Origin: Aequorivita sp.
Lineage (GTDB): Bacteria; Bacteroidota; Bacteroidia; Flavobacteriales; Flavobacteriaceae
DNA: 64,000 nucleotides
Assembly: GCA_052105975.1 (NCBI GenBank)
Contig: JBQEAY010000008.1
Location: 30,680-94,679 of the forward strand
Direction of reading: 5' to 3'
The number at the start of each line of letters is the position of its first letter. Within the stretch, counting starts at the first letter, position 1. The notes beneath the pieces are model-generated. The model was not told where the DNA came from. It searched no databases and worked only from the letters and a program-made list of their open reading frames with translations. Positions 1 through 8,000 of this stretch are shown piece by piece. The translations under genes were made by a program, and so were the position numbers.

Positions 1-1
1 T

Positions 2-763
2 CGAATAAAAAATAAACTTTCAGAAAACAAAAAACTCCTCTCCATCTATTTCACCGCTGGCTATCCAAAACTTGATGATACTGTTGAAATACTTCAACAA
101 TTGGAGCAAAACGGAGTGGATATGGTTGAAATCGGCCTACCATTTAGCGATCCATTGGCCGATGGCCCAACCATCCAAGCGAGTTCACAAACGGCATTGA
201 AGAATGGAATGACCACTGATTTTCTTTTTGAGCAATTAAAAAATGTCCGAAAAACGGTTTCAATCCCTTTAATAATTATGGGATATTTCAATCCTATACT
301 TCAGTTTGGAGTTGAAGAGTTCTGCGAAAAATGTAAAGAAGTTGGTATTGACGGCTTGATTTTACCAGATCTTCCCTTGGCTGAATATCAAGAACACTAT
401 GCTGAAATCTTCAAGAAATATGATTTAATCAATGTTTTTCTAATTACACCGCAAACTTCAGAAGTGCGTATTCATCAAATTGGCGCAGCTTCCGAAGGAT
501 TTATCTATATGGTAAGCAGTGCTAGTGTTACGGGAAGTGCGGACGGATTTAGAGAAGAACAGGAAGAATATTTTCAACGAATTGCCTCAATGAAACTTAA
601 CAACCCTTTAATTGTGGGATTCGGGATTCAAGATTCGAGAACTTTTAAACAAGCTACTTCGCATACAAATGGCGCAATCATTGGTAGTGCTTTTATAAAA
701 ATGTTATCAGAGAAGGGGTTAGACGGAATTTCAGAATTTACATCCTCTATTCAAGAGGTTTAA
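2..763 (+). CDS. trpA: Tryptophan synthase alpha chain, 5' end cut by window edge
   Basis: The frame is open from nt 2 (..LSIYFTAGYPKLDDTVEILQQLEQNGVDMVEIGLPFSDPLADGPTIQ..). The TTG at 101 in the ORF track is internal. Motif order (GLPFSDP ... GFGI) is typical of TrpA. Confidence 0.9.
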   Translation, partial: RIKNKLSENKKLLSIYFTAGYPKLDDTVEILQQLEQNGVDMVEIGLPFSDPLADGPTIQASSQTALKNGMTTDFLFEQLKNVRKTVSIPLIIMGYFNPILQFGVEEFCEKCKEVGIDGLILPDLPLAEYQEHYAEIFKKYDLINVFLITPQTSEVRIHQIGAASEGFIYMVSSASVTGSADGFREEQEEYFQRIASMKLNNPLIVGFGIQDSRTFKQATSHTNGAIIGSAFIKMLSEKGLDGISEFTSSIQEV

Positions 764-833
764 CCATTCTTTAGCAGAGATTAAGCTTATGAATGTTTAA
801 CTTAGCTTTTAATCAAAAAACACTATAATTATA

Positions 834-965
834 ATGGGAAAAGGAGATAAAAAAACTAAACGCGGAAAAATAAACATTGGCTCTTATGGAAAGCTAAGAC
901 CGAAACGTAAAAAATTCAACGTTCGTCCTAAACCCACCAAAGATGCCCAAGAAAAAGAAGCTTAA
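834..965 (+). CDS. 30S ribosomal protein THX (43 aa)
   Basis: Small ORF below the ORF-track cutoff: MGKGDKKTKRGKINIGSYGKLRPKRKKFNVRPKPTKDAQEKEA. It is very basic, and the MGKGD.KT.RGK start matches my recollection of Thermus/Bacteroidota THX. A strong terminator follows. Confidence 0.75.
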   Translation: MGKGDKKTKRGKINIGSYGKLRPKRKKFNVRPKPTKDAQEKEA

Positions 966-990
966 AACACCTTCGTTTTAAGTGTAATGT

Positions 991-1036
991 AAAAGGTATT
1001 TAAGAACAACATTGTTTTTAAATACCTTTTTCTTTT
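991..1036 (+). terminator. Rho-independent terminator after THX gene
   Basis: Perfect 13-bp inverted repeat AAAAGGTATTTAA (991-1003) / TTAAATACCTTTT (1018-1030), followed by a T-rich tract. Confidence 0.8.
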
Positions 1037-1107
1037 GATAGGTTTTAGATTAATCTGAAATTCTAACTTCTTTTTTAAATGAATCCGAAGAAACTAAGGT
1101 GAAACAC

Positions 1108-1115
1108 TATATTTG
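1108..1115 (+). promoter_or_regulatory. Candidate Bacteroidota -7 promoter box for the HMG-CoA reductase gene
   Basis: TATATTTG matches the TAnnTTTG consensus 23 nt upstream of the ATG at 1138. No clear -33 TTTG was seen. The motif is expected by chance at appreciable frequency in AT-rich DNA. Confidence 0.3.
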
Positions 1116-1137
1116 TAACTCATCTTTACCTAATTAA

Positions 1138-2451
1138 ATGAACCAACCCGTTTCTGGATTTTCAAAGAAAACCAAAGTTGAAAAAATTGAATGGCTTGCA
1201 GAAAACTACCTGCAGAACAACTCAGATTCAATTCAAATTTTAAAAACTTACTGGAATGAAAATGCTTCTCTACAGCAACTTCACGATGATTTTATAGAGA
1301 ACACACTTTCCAATTACTACTTGCCTTTCGGGATTGCACCCAACTTCCTAATCAATGAAAAACTATATGCTTTGCCAATGGTCACCGAAGAAAGTTCGGT
1401 TGTGGCCGCTGCCAGTAATGCTGCAAAATTCTGGTTGGAACGTGGCGGATTTAAAGCTGAAGTGATTTCAACCGAAAAAAACGGACAAATACATTTTGAT
1501 TTCTTCGGAAGTGAAGAAGACCTCGAAGAATTCTTTGAAGTAGTAAAACCGAAACTTCGCAAGAGCATTCAGTCTATTGAAAAAAACATGAAAGCTCGCG
1601 GCGGCGGACTTTTAGAGCTTTCACTAGTCGATAAATCGCATATACTAGACGGTTATTCTTACGTCCACGCAAGCTTCGAAACACTAGATGCGATGGGTGC
1701 AAACTTTATCAACAGCTGTCTGGAACAAATGGCACATACTTTCGAGGATGAAGCAAAAAACTATGAGCCATTTCAGAAAAAAGAAGTCTACCCAGAGGTG
1801 GTGATGAGCATTCTTTCCAATTACGTACCTGAATGTTTAGTCCGTGCCGAAGTGAGTTGTAAAGTAGAAGAACTAACCACAAAGCATCACGACGGAAGAC
1901 AATTTGCCGAAAAATTTATTCGCGCTATTGAAATCGCAAAAACCGAAACCCGACGTGCCGTAACCCACAACAAGGGAATAATGAATGGTGTAGACGCCGT
2001 AGTCTTAGCCACTGGGAATGATTTTCGCGCTGTAGAGGCTGGTGTTCATGCTTATGCTGCCAAAAACAGCTACTACGGAAGTCTGACACATGCGAAAATT
2101 GAAGACGACATTTTCACTTTCTGGATTGAATTGCCTTTGGCAGTTGGAACCGTTGGTGGATTGACCTCCCTTCATCCCTTGACAAAATTAGCTTTCGAAA
2201 TTCTTCAAAAACCCGATGCTAAGGAACTGATGCAGATATTGGCAGTAGCTGGTTTAGCACAAAATTTCGCCGCCATCCGATCGCTAGTAACAACTGGAAT
2301 TCAGAAAGGACATATGAAGATGCACTTGATGAATATTATGAATCAGATGCAGGCTTCAATAGAAGAAAAGGAAAAGGGACTGGAATATTTTAAGGAAAAC
2401 CCTGTTTCCCATAGTGCTGTGGTGGATTTTTTGGAGAAGCAAAGGAATTGA
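1138..2451 (+). CDS. Hydroxymethylglutaryl-CoA reductase, class II (NAD-type 'degradative' family)
   Basis: 437 aa with class II HMGR hallmarks: TEESSVVAAAS, LDAMGANFIN, AVGTVGG. Sits in a mevalonate-pathway context with the GYDIA kinase downstream. Confidence 0.9.
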   Translation: MNQPVSGFSKKTKVEKIEWLAENYLQNNSDSIQILKTYWNENASLQQLHDDFIENTLSNYYLPFGIAPNFLINEKLYALPMVTEESSVVAAASNAAKFWLERGGFKAEVISTEKNGQIHFDFFGSEEDLEEFFEVVKPKLRKSIQSIEKNMKARGGGLLELSLVDKSHILDGYSYVHASFETLDAMGANFINSCLEQMAHTFEDEAKNYEPFQKKEVYPEVVMSILSNYVPECLVRAEVSCKVEELTTKHHDGRQFAEKFIRAIEIAKTETRRAVTHNKGIMNGVDAVVLATGNDFRAVEAGVHAYAAKNSYYGSLTHAKIEDDIFTFWIELPLAVGTVGGLTSLHPLTKLAFEILQKPDAKELMQILAVAGLAQNFAAIRSLVTTGIQKGHMKMHLMNIMNQMQASIEEKEKGLEYFKENPVSHSAVVDFLEKQRN

Positions 2452-2558
2452 GGAGTTTAGAAGAAAAACTTTGCGGCTTTGCGAGAGGAAATCATTTCAA
2501 GCAAATGCGTGATATAGATAAAATCTTTCGCAGCAAAACATTTGATTTATAGCACTCT

Positions 2559-2831
2559 ATGGAAATCATCTGGACAGATAGGGCGTATTACAGTTATGAC
2601 AATAACATTGACTATCTCTTGAACGAATGGTCTCTTGAAGTTGTGAGAAATTTTATTGGTAAAACTGAAGAAGCAGAAAAATTATTATTAGAGAACCCTC
2701 ATTTAGGACGATTCGATGAAGATTTAAATTTATACAAGCTTTTAGTTGTCAAACAGATTTACCTATTTTACGAAATCCACGGAAATCATGTAGTTATGAT
2801 AGATTTTTGGAATAATTACAAAAAACCATAG
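2559..2831 (+). CDS. RelE/ParE-family type II toxin-like protein
   Basis: 90 aa. The overall pattern (..IIWTDRA...IDYLL.EWS......F......E.LL.ENP.LGR......YKLLVVKQIYLFYEI.GN.V.MIDFWNN.K.P) matches the Bacteroidota ParE/RelE toxins I recall, including the C-terminal FWNN..P ending. Confidence 0.7.
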   Translation: MEIIWTDRAYYSYDNNIDYLLNEWSLEVVRNFIGKTEEAEKLLLENPHLGRFDEDLNLYKLLVVKQIYLFYEIHGNHVVMIDFWNNYKKP

Positions 2832-2834
2832 TGG

Positions 2835-3146
2835 CTATAGGCCGTATTTTTTCTGTATTTTTTCTCTAACTTCTTCACTCGTTTTGGTTCTTCCCTTTCT
2901 ATAATCCCGTCTTCCTTGTTCAATTCCGTCTAGCATCTCGTTTTGATATGTCTCCTTAGGAAACAATAAAGTCGTAAGGATTTCCACTTCAGTACCCGTA
3001 AAAGCATTTTCTCTTAACTTTCGGTACATAGTGGGTTTACTGATATCCAATCTTTTCACAAAAAAATCCAGTTTATAGTCCGAATTTTCGATTAACTTTG
3101 GCAAAGCTTCTATATAAGAATTATATTCTTTAACTAGGGCTGTCAT
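2835..3146 (-). CDS. Small HTH protein with antitoxin-like C-terminal tail
   Basis: 103 aa. Central helix-turn-helix-like segment (LDISKPTMYRKLRENAF). The C-terminus (EQGRRDYRKGRTKTSEEVREKIQKKYGL) resembles tails of Bacteroidota ParD-like antitoxins. It converges on the toxin ORF with a 3-nt gap. Confidence 0.45.
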   Translation of the reverse strand: MTALVKEYNSYIEALPKLIENSDYKLDFFVKRLDISKPTMYRKLRENAFTGTEVEILTTLLFPKETYQNEMLDGIEQGRRDYRKGRTKTSEEVREKIQKKYGL

Positions 3147-3194
3147 ATATCAATACTATTTCGTTTAAATAATCTACCAAATATAATCATTTTT

Positions 3195-4097
3195 TTGAAA
3201 AAAAACTTTCACAGTAACGGAAAATTATTGCTCACGGGCGAGTATGTAGTGCTCGACGGTGCTAAGGCTTTGGCTATTCCAACAAAACATGGGCAATCTC
3301 TGGAAGTTGAGACTTCAGAAGAAAAGGGGATTCAGTGGAAGAGTTATGATGAAAAAGGTATCGTGTGGTTTGAAGATTTTTTCGATTTAAATAATTTTCA
3401 AAGTAAGAATCTTAAAAACTCCATTTCAAAAACTTTATCCAAAATTCTATTAGAAGCTAAAAAGCTCAATCCAAATTTTCTTATTGAAAACAAAGGAATA
3501 CAAGTTACCACAAAACTAGATTTTCCACGAAACTGGGGATTGGGAACTTCTTCTACGTTAATAAACAATATTGCCCAATGGGCAGAAGTAAATGCCTTTA
3601 AGCTACTCAACAAGAGCTTTGGCGGCAGTGGTTATGATATTGCCGCAGCTCAAAATGATTCTCCTATTATATACCAATTGAAAGAAGGAAAATCCATCTT
3701 CAAAAAAGTAGAAATTCCGTGGGACTTTACCGATCAATTGTTTTTTGTTCACCTAAACCAAAAACAGGACAGTAAAGAAGGGATAGCCCATTATCGACGT
3801 AATAAAATTGATAAAAAGGTAATAAATCAAATTTCAGACATTAGTAAAAAGATTCTGATATGTGACTCACTTTCCGAATTTGAAGAATTAATGGATATGC
3901 ACGAACAGATTATTTCCAAGGTCATAATCCTACCCCCAATCAAAGCACAGCTTTTCAGTGACTATCCCAGAGCAATCAAAAGTTTGGGTGCTTGGGGTGG
4001 AGATTTTGTTTTGGTAACAGGAAGTTTATCAGAGATTGAATATTTTAGAAGAAAGGGCTTTGGTACGATTATTTCTTTTAAAGATATGATTAAATAA
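3195..4097 (+). CDS. GYDIA-family GHMP kinase (mevalonate-pathway associated)
   Basis: 300 aa (TTG start). GHMP P-loop-like WGLGTSSTLI and the family-naming GSGYDIAAA motif. Next to HMG-CoA reductase, as in other Flavobacteriia. Confidence 0.8.
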   Translation: MKKNFHSNGKLLLTGEYVVLDGAKALAIPTKHGQSLEVETSEEKGIQWKSYDEKGIVWFEDFFDLNNFQSKNLKNSISKTLSKILLEAKKLNPNFLIENKGIQVTTKLDFPRNWGLGTSSTLINNIAQWAEVNAFKLLNKSFGGSGYDIAAAQNDSPIIYQLKEGKSIFKKVEIPWDFTDQLFFVHLNQKQDSKEGIAHYRRNKIDKKVINQISDISKKILICDSLSEFEELMDMHEQIISKVIILPPIKAQLFSDYPRAIKSLGAWGGDFVLVTGSLSEIEYFRRKGFGTIISFKDMIK

Positions 4098-4108
4098 TTC
4101 CATTTAAA

Positions 4109-4582
4109 ATGAAATACACTCTCATAATCCTATCCCTTTTGTTTACCAATTTACTAGTTTCACAAGTGAAAGTATATTCGGGAACTTCAACTTATAGCGG
4201 TGATATTATTTGTAATATAAACGACGGAAAGCTGTATAAGAAAAGCTCCAACTATTCAGGCGATATTCTTTGCAGGATAGTAGACAATAAAATCTACAAG
4301 AATAATTCAACCTATTCAGGAGATATAATCTATACCATTTCTAATGGAAAGATTTATAAAGGTAATTCCAATTATTCTGGTGATATTTTAATGAACATTA
4401 AGGATGGCAAAGTTTATAAGAAAAACTCAAATTATTCAGGTGATATTATAATGAATATTCAGGATGGAAGCGTGTACGATGGAAATTCGAATTATAGTGG
4501 TGACATCCTTTTTAACATAAATAGTCTTGTTTCAATTGAAGAGTTCGTTGCTATTTATTATGTTTTCAAATATGCTTATTGA
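4109..4582 (+). CDS. Secreted protein made of six ~20-aa tandem repeats (SNYSGDI..NI.DGK.YK..)
   Basis: 157 aa. N-terminal signal peptide (LSLLFTNLLVSQ), then six repeats. May belong to the family I recall as '4-fold beta flower', but I cannot confirm that. Confidence 0.6.
   Translation: MKYTLIILSLLFTNLLVSQVKVYSGTSTYSGDIICNINDGKLYKKSSNYSGDILCRIVDNKIYKNNSTYSGDIIYTISNGKIYKGNSNYSGDILMNIKDGKVYKKNSNYSGDIIMNIQDGSVYDGNSNYSGDILFNINSLVSIEEFVAIYYVFKYAY
4187..4522. repeat. Intragenic 60-bp tandem repeat, ~5.6 copies
   Basis: Repeat units STYSGDIICNINDGKLYKKS / SNYSGDILCRIVDNKIYKNN / STYSGDIIYTISNGKIYKGN / SNYSGDILMNIKDGKVYKKN / SNYSGDIIMNIQDGSVYDGN / SNYSGDILFNIN are visible at protein and DNA level. 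Confidence 0.85.
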
Positions 4583-4774
4583 AATATTCTGAAAATTCTT
4601 CCTTTATAGATTAACCACAATTTTTGCATAAACACAACAATTGGGCTTGATCAGTATCAGCTTAAATCAGTTCCTAACGATCTATGAAAAAAGGGTCAGA
4701 CTTTAAAAAAGTCCAACCTCTTTGTTTTAAACTTACACACTTGACGGGATAGTATCGAAAAAAAAAACAATTTA

Positions 4775-5632
4775 TTATTTTATGGCCATTGGATCCTCAT
4801 CCGCATGCATAAAAACAGTTCCTACTTTTATATATTTCATAGGCTTACCTTTAACACATAATGAAAATATACCACTACCCAAATTTTCATCCGATTTTAA
4901 AAAAACCACGTCTTCTTCTTCACAGTCATTTTCAATAGCAACGTGTTCTCGTAGCTTCTTATTGACTTTGCCTTCTTTAAAGCTAGAACCTAAAGTACAA
5001 ATATTATTATCTGAGTTATTTTGATCAGAATATGATGGAGTATAGTCAGCTCTGGAGAACACTGTTCCAATCTTTTTATATTTCATAAGTCTACCTTTAA
5101 CACATAATGAAAACATACCGCTTCCTCTATCTTCATACGAATTTATAAAAAGCACGTCTTCCTCCTTACAGTCATTTTCAACAGCTACATACTCTCGTAA
5201 TCGCTTATTTACCTCACCTTCTTTAAAATCAGATCCTAGATTACAAATTTTATTCTTTGAACTATCAGACCAAGTGTTATCAGATTTAAAAAACACTGTT
5301 CCTACCTTTTTATATTTCATAGGCACACCTTTAACACATAATGAAAATATACCACTCCCCATATCTTCGTATGTATTTATAAAAATCACGTCCTCTTCCT
5401 TACAGTCATTTTCAATTGCTGCATAAACTCGCAAACCCTTATTAACTTTGCCTTCTTTAAAATCAGGCCCTAGATTACAACTCTTTTTCTTTGAGGCATC
5501 TTGATCAAAGTAAGACCAAGTATTGTCAGTTTTCAGAATTACGGTCTTCCCAACAGCTGTAGTTGCCTTAATATCCTGAGCTAATGCAGGTAGACAAAAC
5601 ATAAAAATAGCTACAAAAAATAAATTTTTCAT
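4775..5632 (-). CDS. Secreted protein with three ~80-aa Cys-containing repeat modules, function unknown
   Basis: 285 aa. Signal peptide MKNLFFVAIFMFCLPALAQ. The module C.LG.DFKEG.VNK.LR.Y.A.ENDC.EEDV.FI....D.GSG.FSLCVKG..MKYKK.GTVF occurs three times. Confidence 0.6.
   Translation of the reverse strand: MKNLFFVAIFMFCLPALAQDIKATTAVGKTVILKTDNTWSYFDQDASKKKSCNLGPDFKEGKVNKGLRVYAAIENDCKEEDVIFINTYEDMGSGIFSLCVKGVPMKYKKVGTVFFKSDNTWSDSSKNKICNLGSDFKEGEVNKRLREYVAVENDCKEEDVLFINSYEDRGSGMFSLCVKGRLMKYKKIGTVFSRADYTPSYSDQNNSDNNICTLGSSFKEGKVNKKLREHVAIENDCEEEDVVFLKSDENLGSGIFSLCVKGKPMKYIKVGTVFMHADEDPMAIK
4805..5527. repeat. Intragenic tandem repeat, 3 copies of ~234-246 bp
   Basis: Three DNA copies start near 4816, 5062 and 5296 (e.g. 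..CTTTTTATATTTCATAGG..ACCTTTAACACATAATGAAAA.ATACC..). By eye they are clearly similar at nucleotide level. Confidence 0.8.
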
Positions 5633-5912
5633 TATTAGTGGTTTAGGTTATAAATGGATTTTAAATTGAATAAAATCATATTTTTATTTACGCGTAATTG
5701 ACAGTAGATATCCCAAATGCTACTATTTAATAGTGTTTTTAAAACAAATAAAAACGAGACCTTTTTATTATAGACGCTTAAGATAAAAAATTGTTTACCA
5801 GACTTCTAAAATCAATACGTTATGTTAAAGAGTCTAACTGAAATCTAGGTTAATAACGGGATAGTTGAATCACTATTCTATTAACGTAAAAGTTAGTTTG
5901 AACATGAATTAA

Positions 5913-6236
5913 TTATCTTTTAAAAATTATCCCATTCATTTTGCTATCAAAAATCGCAACCTTCTTAAACCCTGAGTAAATAGCCAGATAACCTATTTCT
6001 GGGTAGTCTATATCTTCAATATGATTAGTATTAAACCCTGTTTTGTGCACAATAAAAATAGTCCTCTGGGATTCTCTTTTGAATACAGAATGAATAAAAT
6101 ATCTTCCTGAATATTTAAAATATGGCTGAACAGTTATCTGAAAATATTCTTCGTTGCTCGCATCGAAGTCAGCCCTATCTATCGAATTGAAAAATAGACT
6201 TGTCGTAAATTTGTATTTCAAAAAAGCTCCTTTCAT
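5913..6236 (-). CDS. Hypothetical small protein (108 aa from the internal ATG)
   Basis: The ORF-track start at 6359 overlaps the upstream gene in another frame. The ATG at 6236 (MKGAFLKYKF..) lies 4 nt after that gene's stop. No signal peptide and no recognisable family. Confidence 0.45.
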   Translation of the reverse strand: MKGAFLKYKFTTSLFFNSIDRADFDASNEEYFQITVQPYFKYSGRYFIHSVFKRESQRTIFIVHKTGFNTNHIEDIDYPEIGYLAIYSGFKKVAIFDSKMNGIIFKR

Positions 6237-6240
6237 TTTT

Positions 6241-6647
6241 TTATTGATTACAAAATTTATTATTCCCTGAACAAGCTTCGCCATTACCAAGCTCACAAGC
6301 CCTTTTTGAATATTCACAGGCCATCTCCCTCTTATTGTTTTTTCCGTACAGTATTGCACATTTCATCAAAGCATCCACGTGTTCAGGGTTTAATTCTATT
6401 GTTTTTTCATAATCTTTGATAGTTAAAGAATACGAGTCCATTTTTTGATAAATATTTCCGCCAATATAATAGCATCGGCTTTATTGGATTTTAATTTAAT
6501 AGCCTCGTTTATATTCGTCAATGCCACATCCAAATCATTGCTCCTTAAATAAGTAATAGAACTATTATAATATTCATCGTATTTTGTTTGGGAAAAGGTG
6601 ATCGTTCCACAAAAAAGAAAGGTTAGAAGAATAATTGATGTTTTCAT
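6241..6647 (-). pseudogene. TPR/Sel1-like secreted protein split by a frameshift in an A6 tract
   Basis: ORFs 6423-6647 (signal peptide plus first TPR) and 6241-6441 are consecutive parts of one TPR repeat: ..ADAIILAEIFIKK|MDSYSLTIKDYEKTIELNP... One extra A in the run at 6441-6446 would fuse them. Confidence 0.6.
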
Positions 6648-6723
6648 GATATTTATTTTAAAAAATTGAAGTTTTGAAGATATATGAAAGCCTTAAATGT
6701 TTATTCCTTCTTTCTATTTGACG

Positions 6724-7134
6724 CTACACTTTTATAAATTTCCTCAGTAGAACAACACATAAAAAAAGGCCCGTACCTATCAAGAGAATGACCCTATAGT
6801 CCTTTAAAGTGCCGTTTATATAGTATTGAAGAACGTTGGGATAAGCATAAAAGGTGCTATTTTTAGTAAACTCCATATCTCGAACATCAAAGCCTGGCTT
6901 CTGAATTAATATTTCAGACCCGAAGTAAGAAGTATATTTCACTAATAAAACAGGAGTCTCCCATGGAATATCCACTTCCCATAAAAAATAACCTTCATCA
7001 TCATATAGCGGCAAATTAGATGCATCGTGTTTATAGACGAATTTGCCAAAATGATTAATTGAAAGCACCGCTACAAAAGAGAGAAAATAGCATATAATTA
7101 AAGAAATGATTATGAATTTGTTTTTATTTTTCAT
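6724..7134 (-). CDS. Hypothetical membrane protein (N- and C-terminal TM segments)
   Basis: 136 aa with hydrophobic segments FIIISLIICYFLSFVAVL and VILLIGTGLFLCVVLL. Overlaps the upstream gene by 11 nt. Confidence 0.5.
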   Translation of the reverse strand: MKNKNKFIIISLIICYFLSFVAVLSINHFGKFVYKHDASNLPLYDDEGYFLWEVDIPWETPVLLVKYTSYFGSEILIQKPGFDVRDMEFTKNSTFYAYPNVLQYYINGTLKDYRVILLIGTGLFLCVVLLRKFIKV

Positions 7135-7621
7135 TTTTAGATATCATTTTTTCCCGTTCTATACTAGCCTCCTTATATGAGTTAAACGTTGAATATTTTA
7201 CTGATGTTATCCTTCTAGTATCATTTTTGAGTCTTTCTCTTATTTTAGAATCGCGCACATGATTCGTTACTTCAAGGTTATACGACATACCAGAACCTCT
7301 AAAATCAATTTTAACTTTATCCATTAGCTTGTAACCGTCATCTTCAGTAAAGTTTGAGTATTCTACGATATTAGAATATGATCTTTTTTTCACCCAGTCT
7401 GTATACGCAATTTCTTTAAATTCCACGCCATACCTATTATCGGCAGGTATATGATGAAGTTTTGGGTCTTCATAATCTATTACAACAAAAACAAACTTTT
7501 TGTTTTCTTTTTTGATTTCGGAATAGCTAATTTTGTTAGGCTCATTTGATATTTCTGCCTTGTTACTTTTGATTTCGCAAGAAGTAAAAAAAAGAAAGAG
7601 AATTGGCAAAAGTAACTTCAT
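7124..7621 (-). CDS. Hypothetical lipoprotein
   Basis: 165 aa. Lipobox-like signal MKLLLPILFLFFTSC. No recognisable family. Confidence 0.5.
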   Translation of the reverse strand: MKLLLPILFLFFTSCEIKSNKAEISNEPNKISYSEIKKENKKFVFVVIDYEDPKLHHIPADNRYGVEFKEIAYTDWVKKRSYSNIVEYSNFTEDDGYKLMDKVKIDFRGSGMSYNLEVTNHVRDSKIRERLKNDTRRITSVKYSTFNSYKEASIEREKMISKNEK

Positions 7622-7890
7622 AACATAAATCTTAATTTATTAAAGCATAAAGATAACCCTTGTAGAAATAACAATTTTACGGGAAACCGTAAATCTAGGA
7701 CATATTTAAAAAAAAAATTAGTGCGTGAGATATTAGAGATTGACCTAGGTAATAAAGAATTCAAAAATGAAGAATTTCTTTCGCACCCCCGATTTAATTT
7801 TTTTAAAAACCTAAATCTCTTTATTAGCTTGAGGATAGGTTTATTTAGATTTCACCAATACAAACACCCTAGCAAGCACCCATTTAAAAC

Positions 7891-7922
7891 AAAAAATCCC
7901 CAAGCTATAAGCTAGGGGATTT
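7891..7922 (-). terminator. Rho-independent terminator of tRNA-Phe
   Basis: The minus strand reads AAATCCCCTAGCTTATAGCTTGGGGATTTTTTGTTTT: an 11-bp stem with one mismatch, a 3-nt loop and a T-run, directly 3' of the tRNA. Confidence 0.8.
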
Positions 7923-7927
7923 GTATG

Positions 7928-8000
<73 letters not shown>

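Noticed and set aside
4691-4720. Terminator hairpin between the convergent genes at 4582 and 4775 (GACTTTAAAAAAGTC).
   Set aside because: The stem is only 5-6 A/T-rich bp with a minimal loop, too weak to call.
7721-7915. 64-aa plus-strand ORF next to tRNA-Phe.
   Set aside because: It has a GTG start and low-complexity sequence. It runs through the tRNA terminator hairpin, and no family is recognised.
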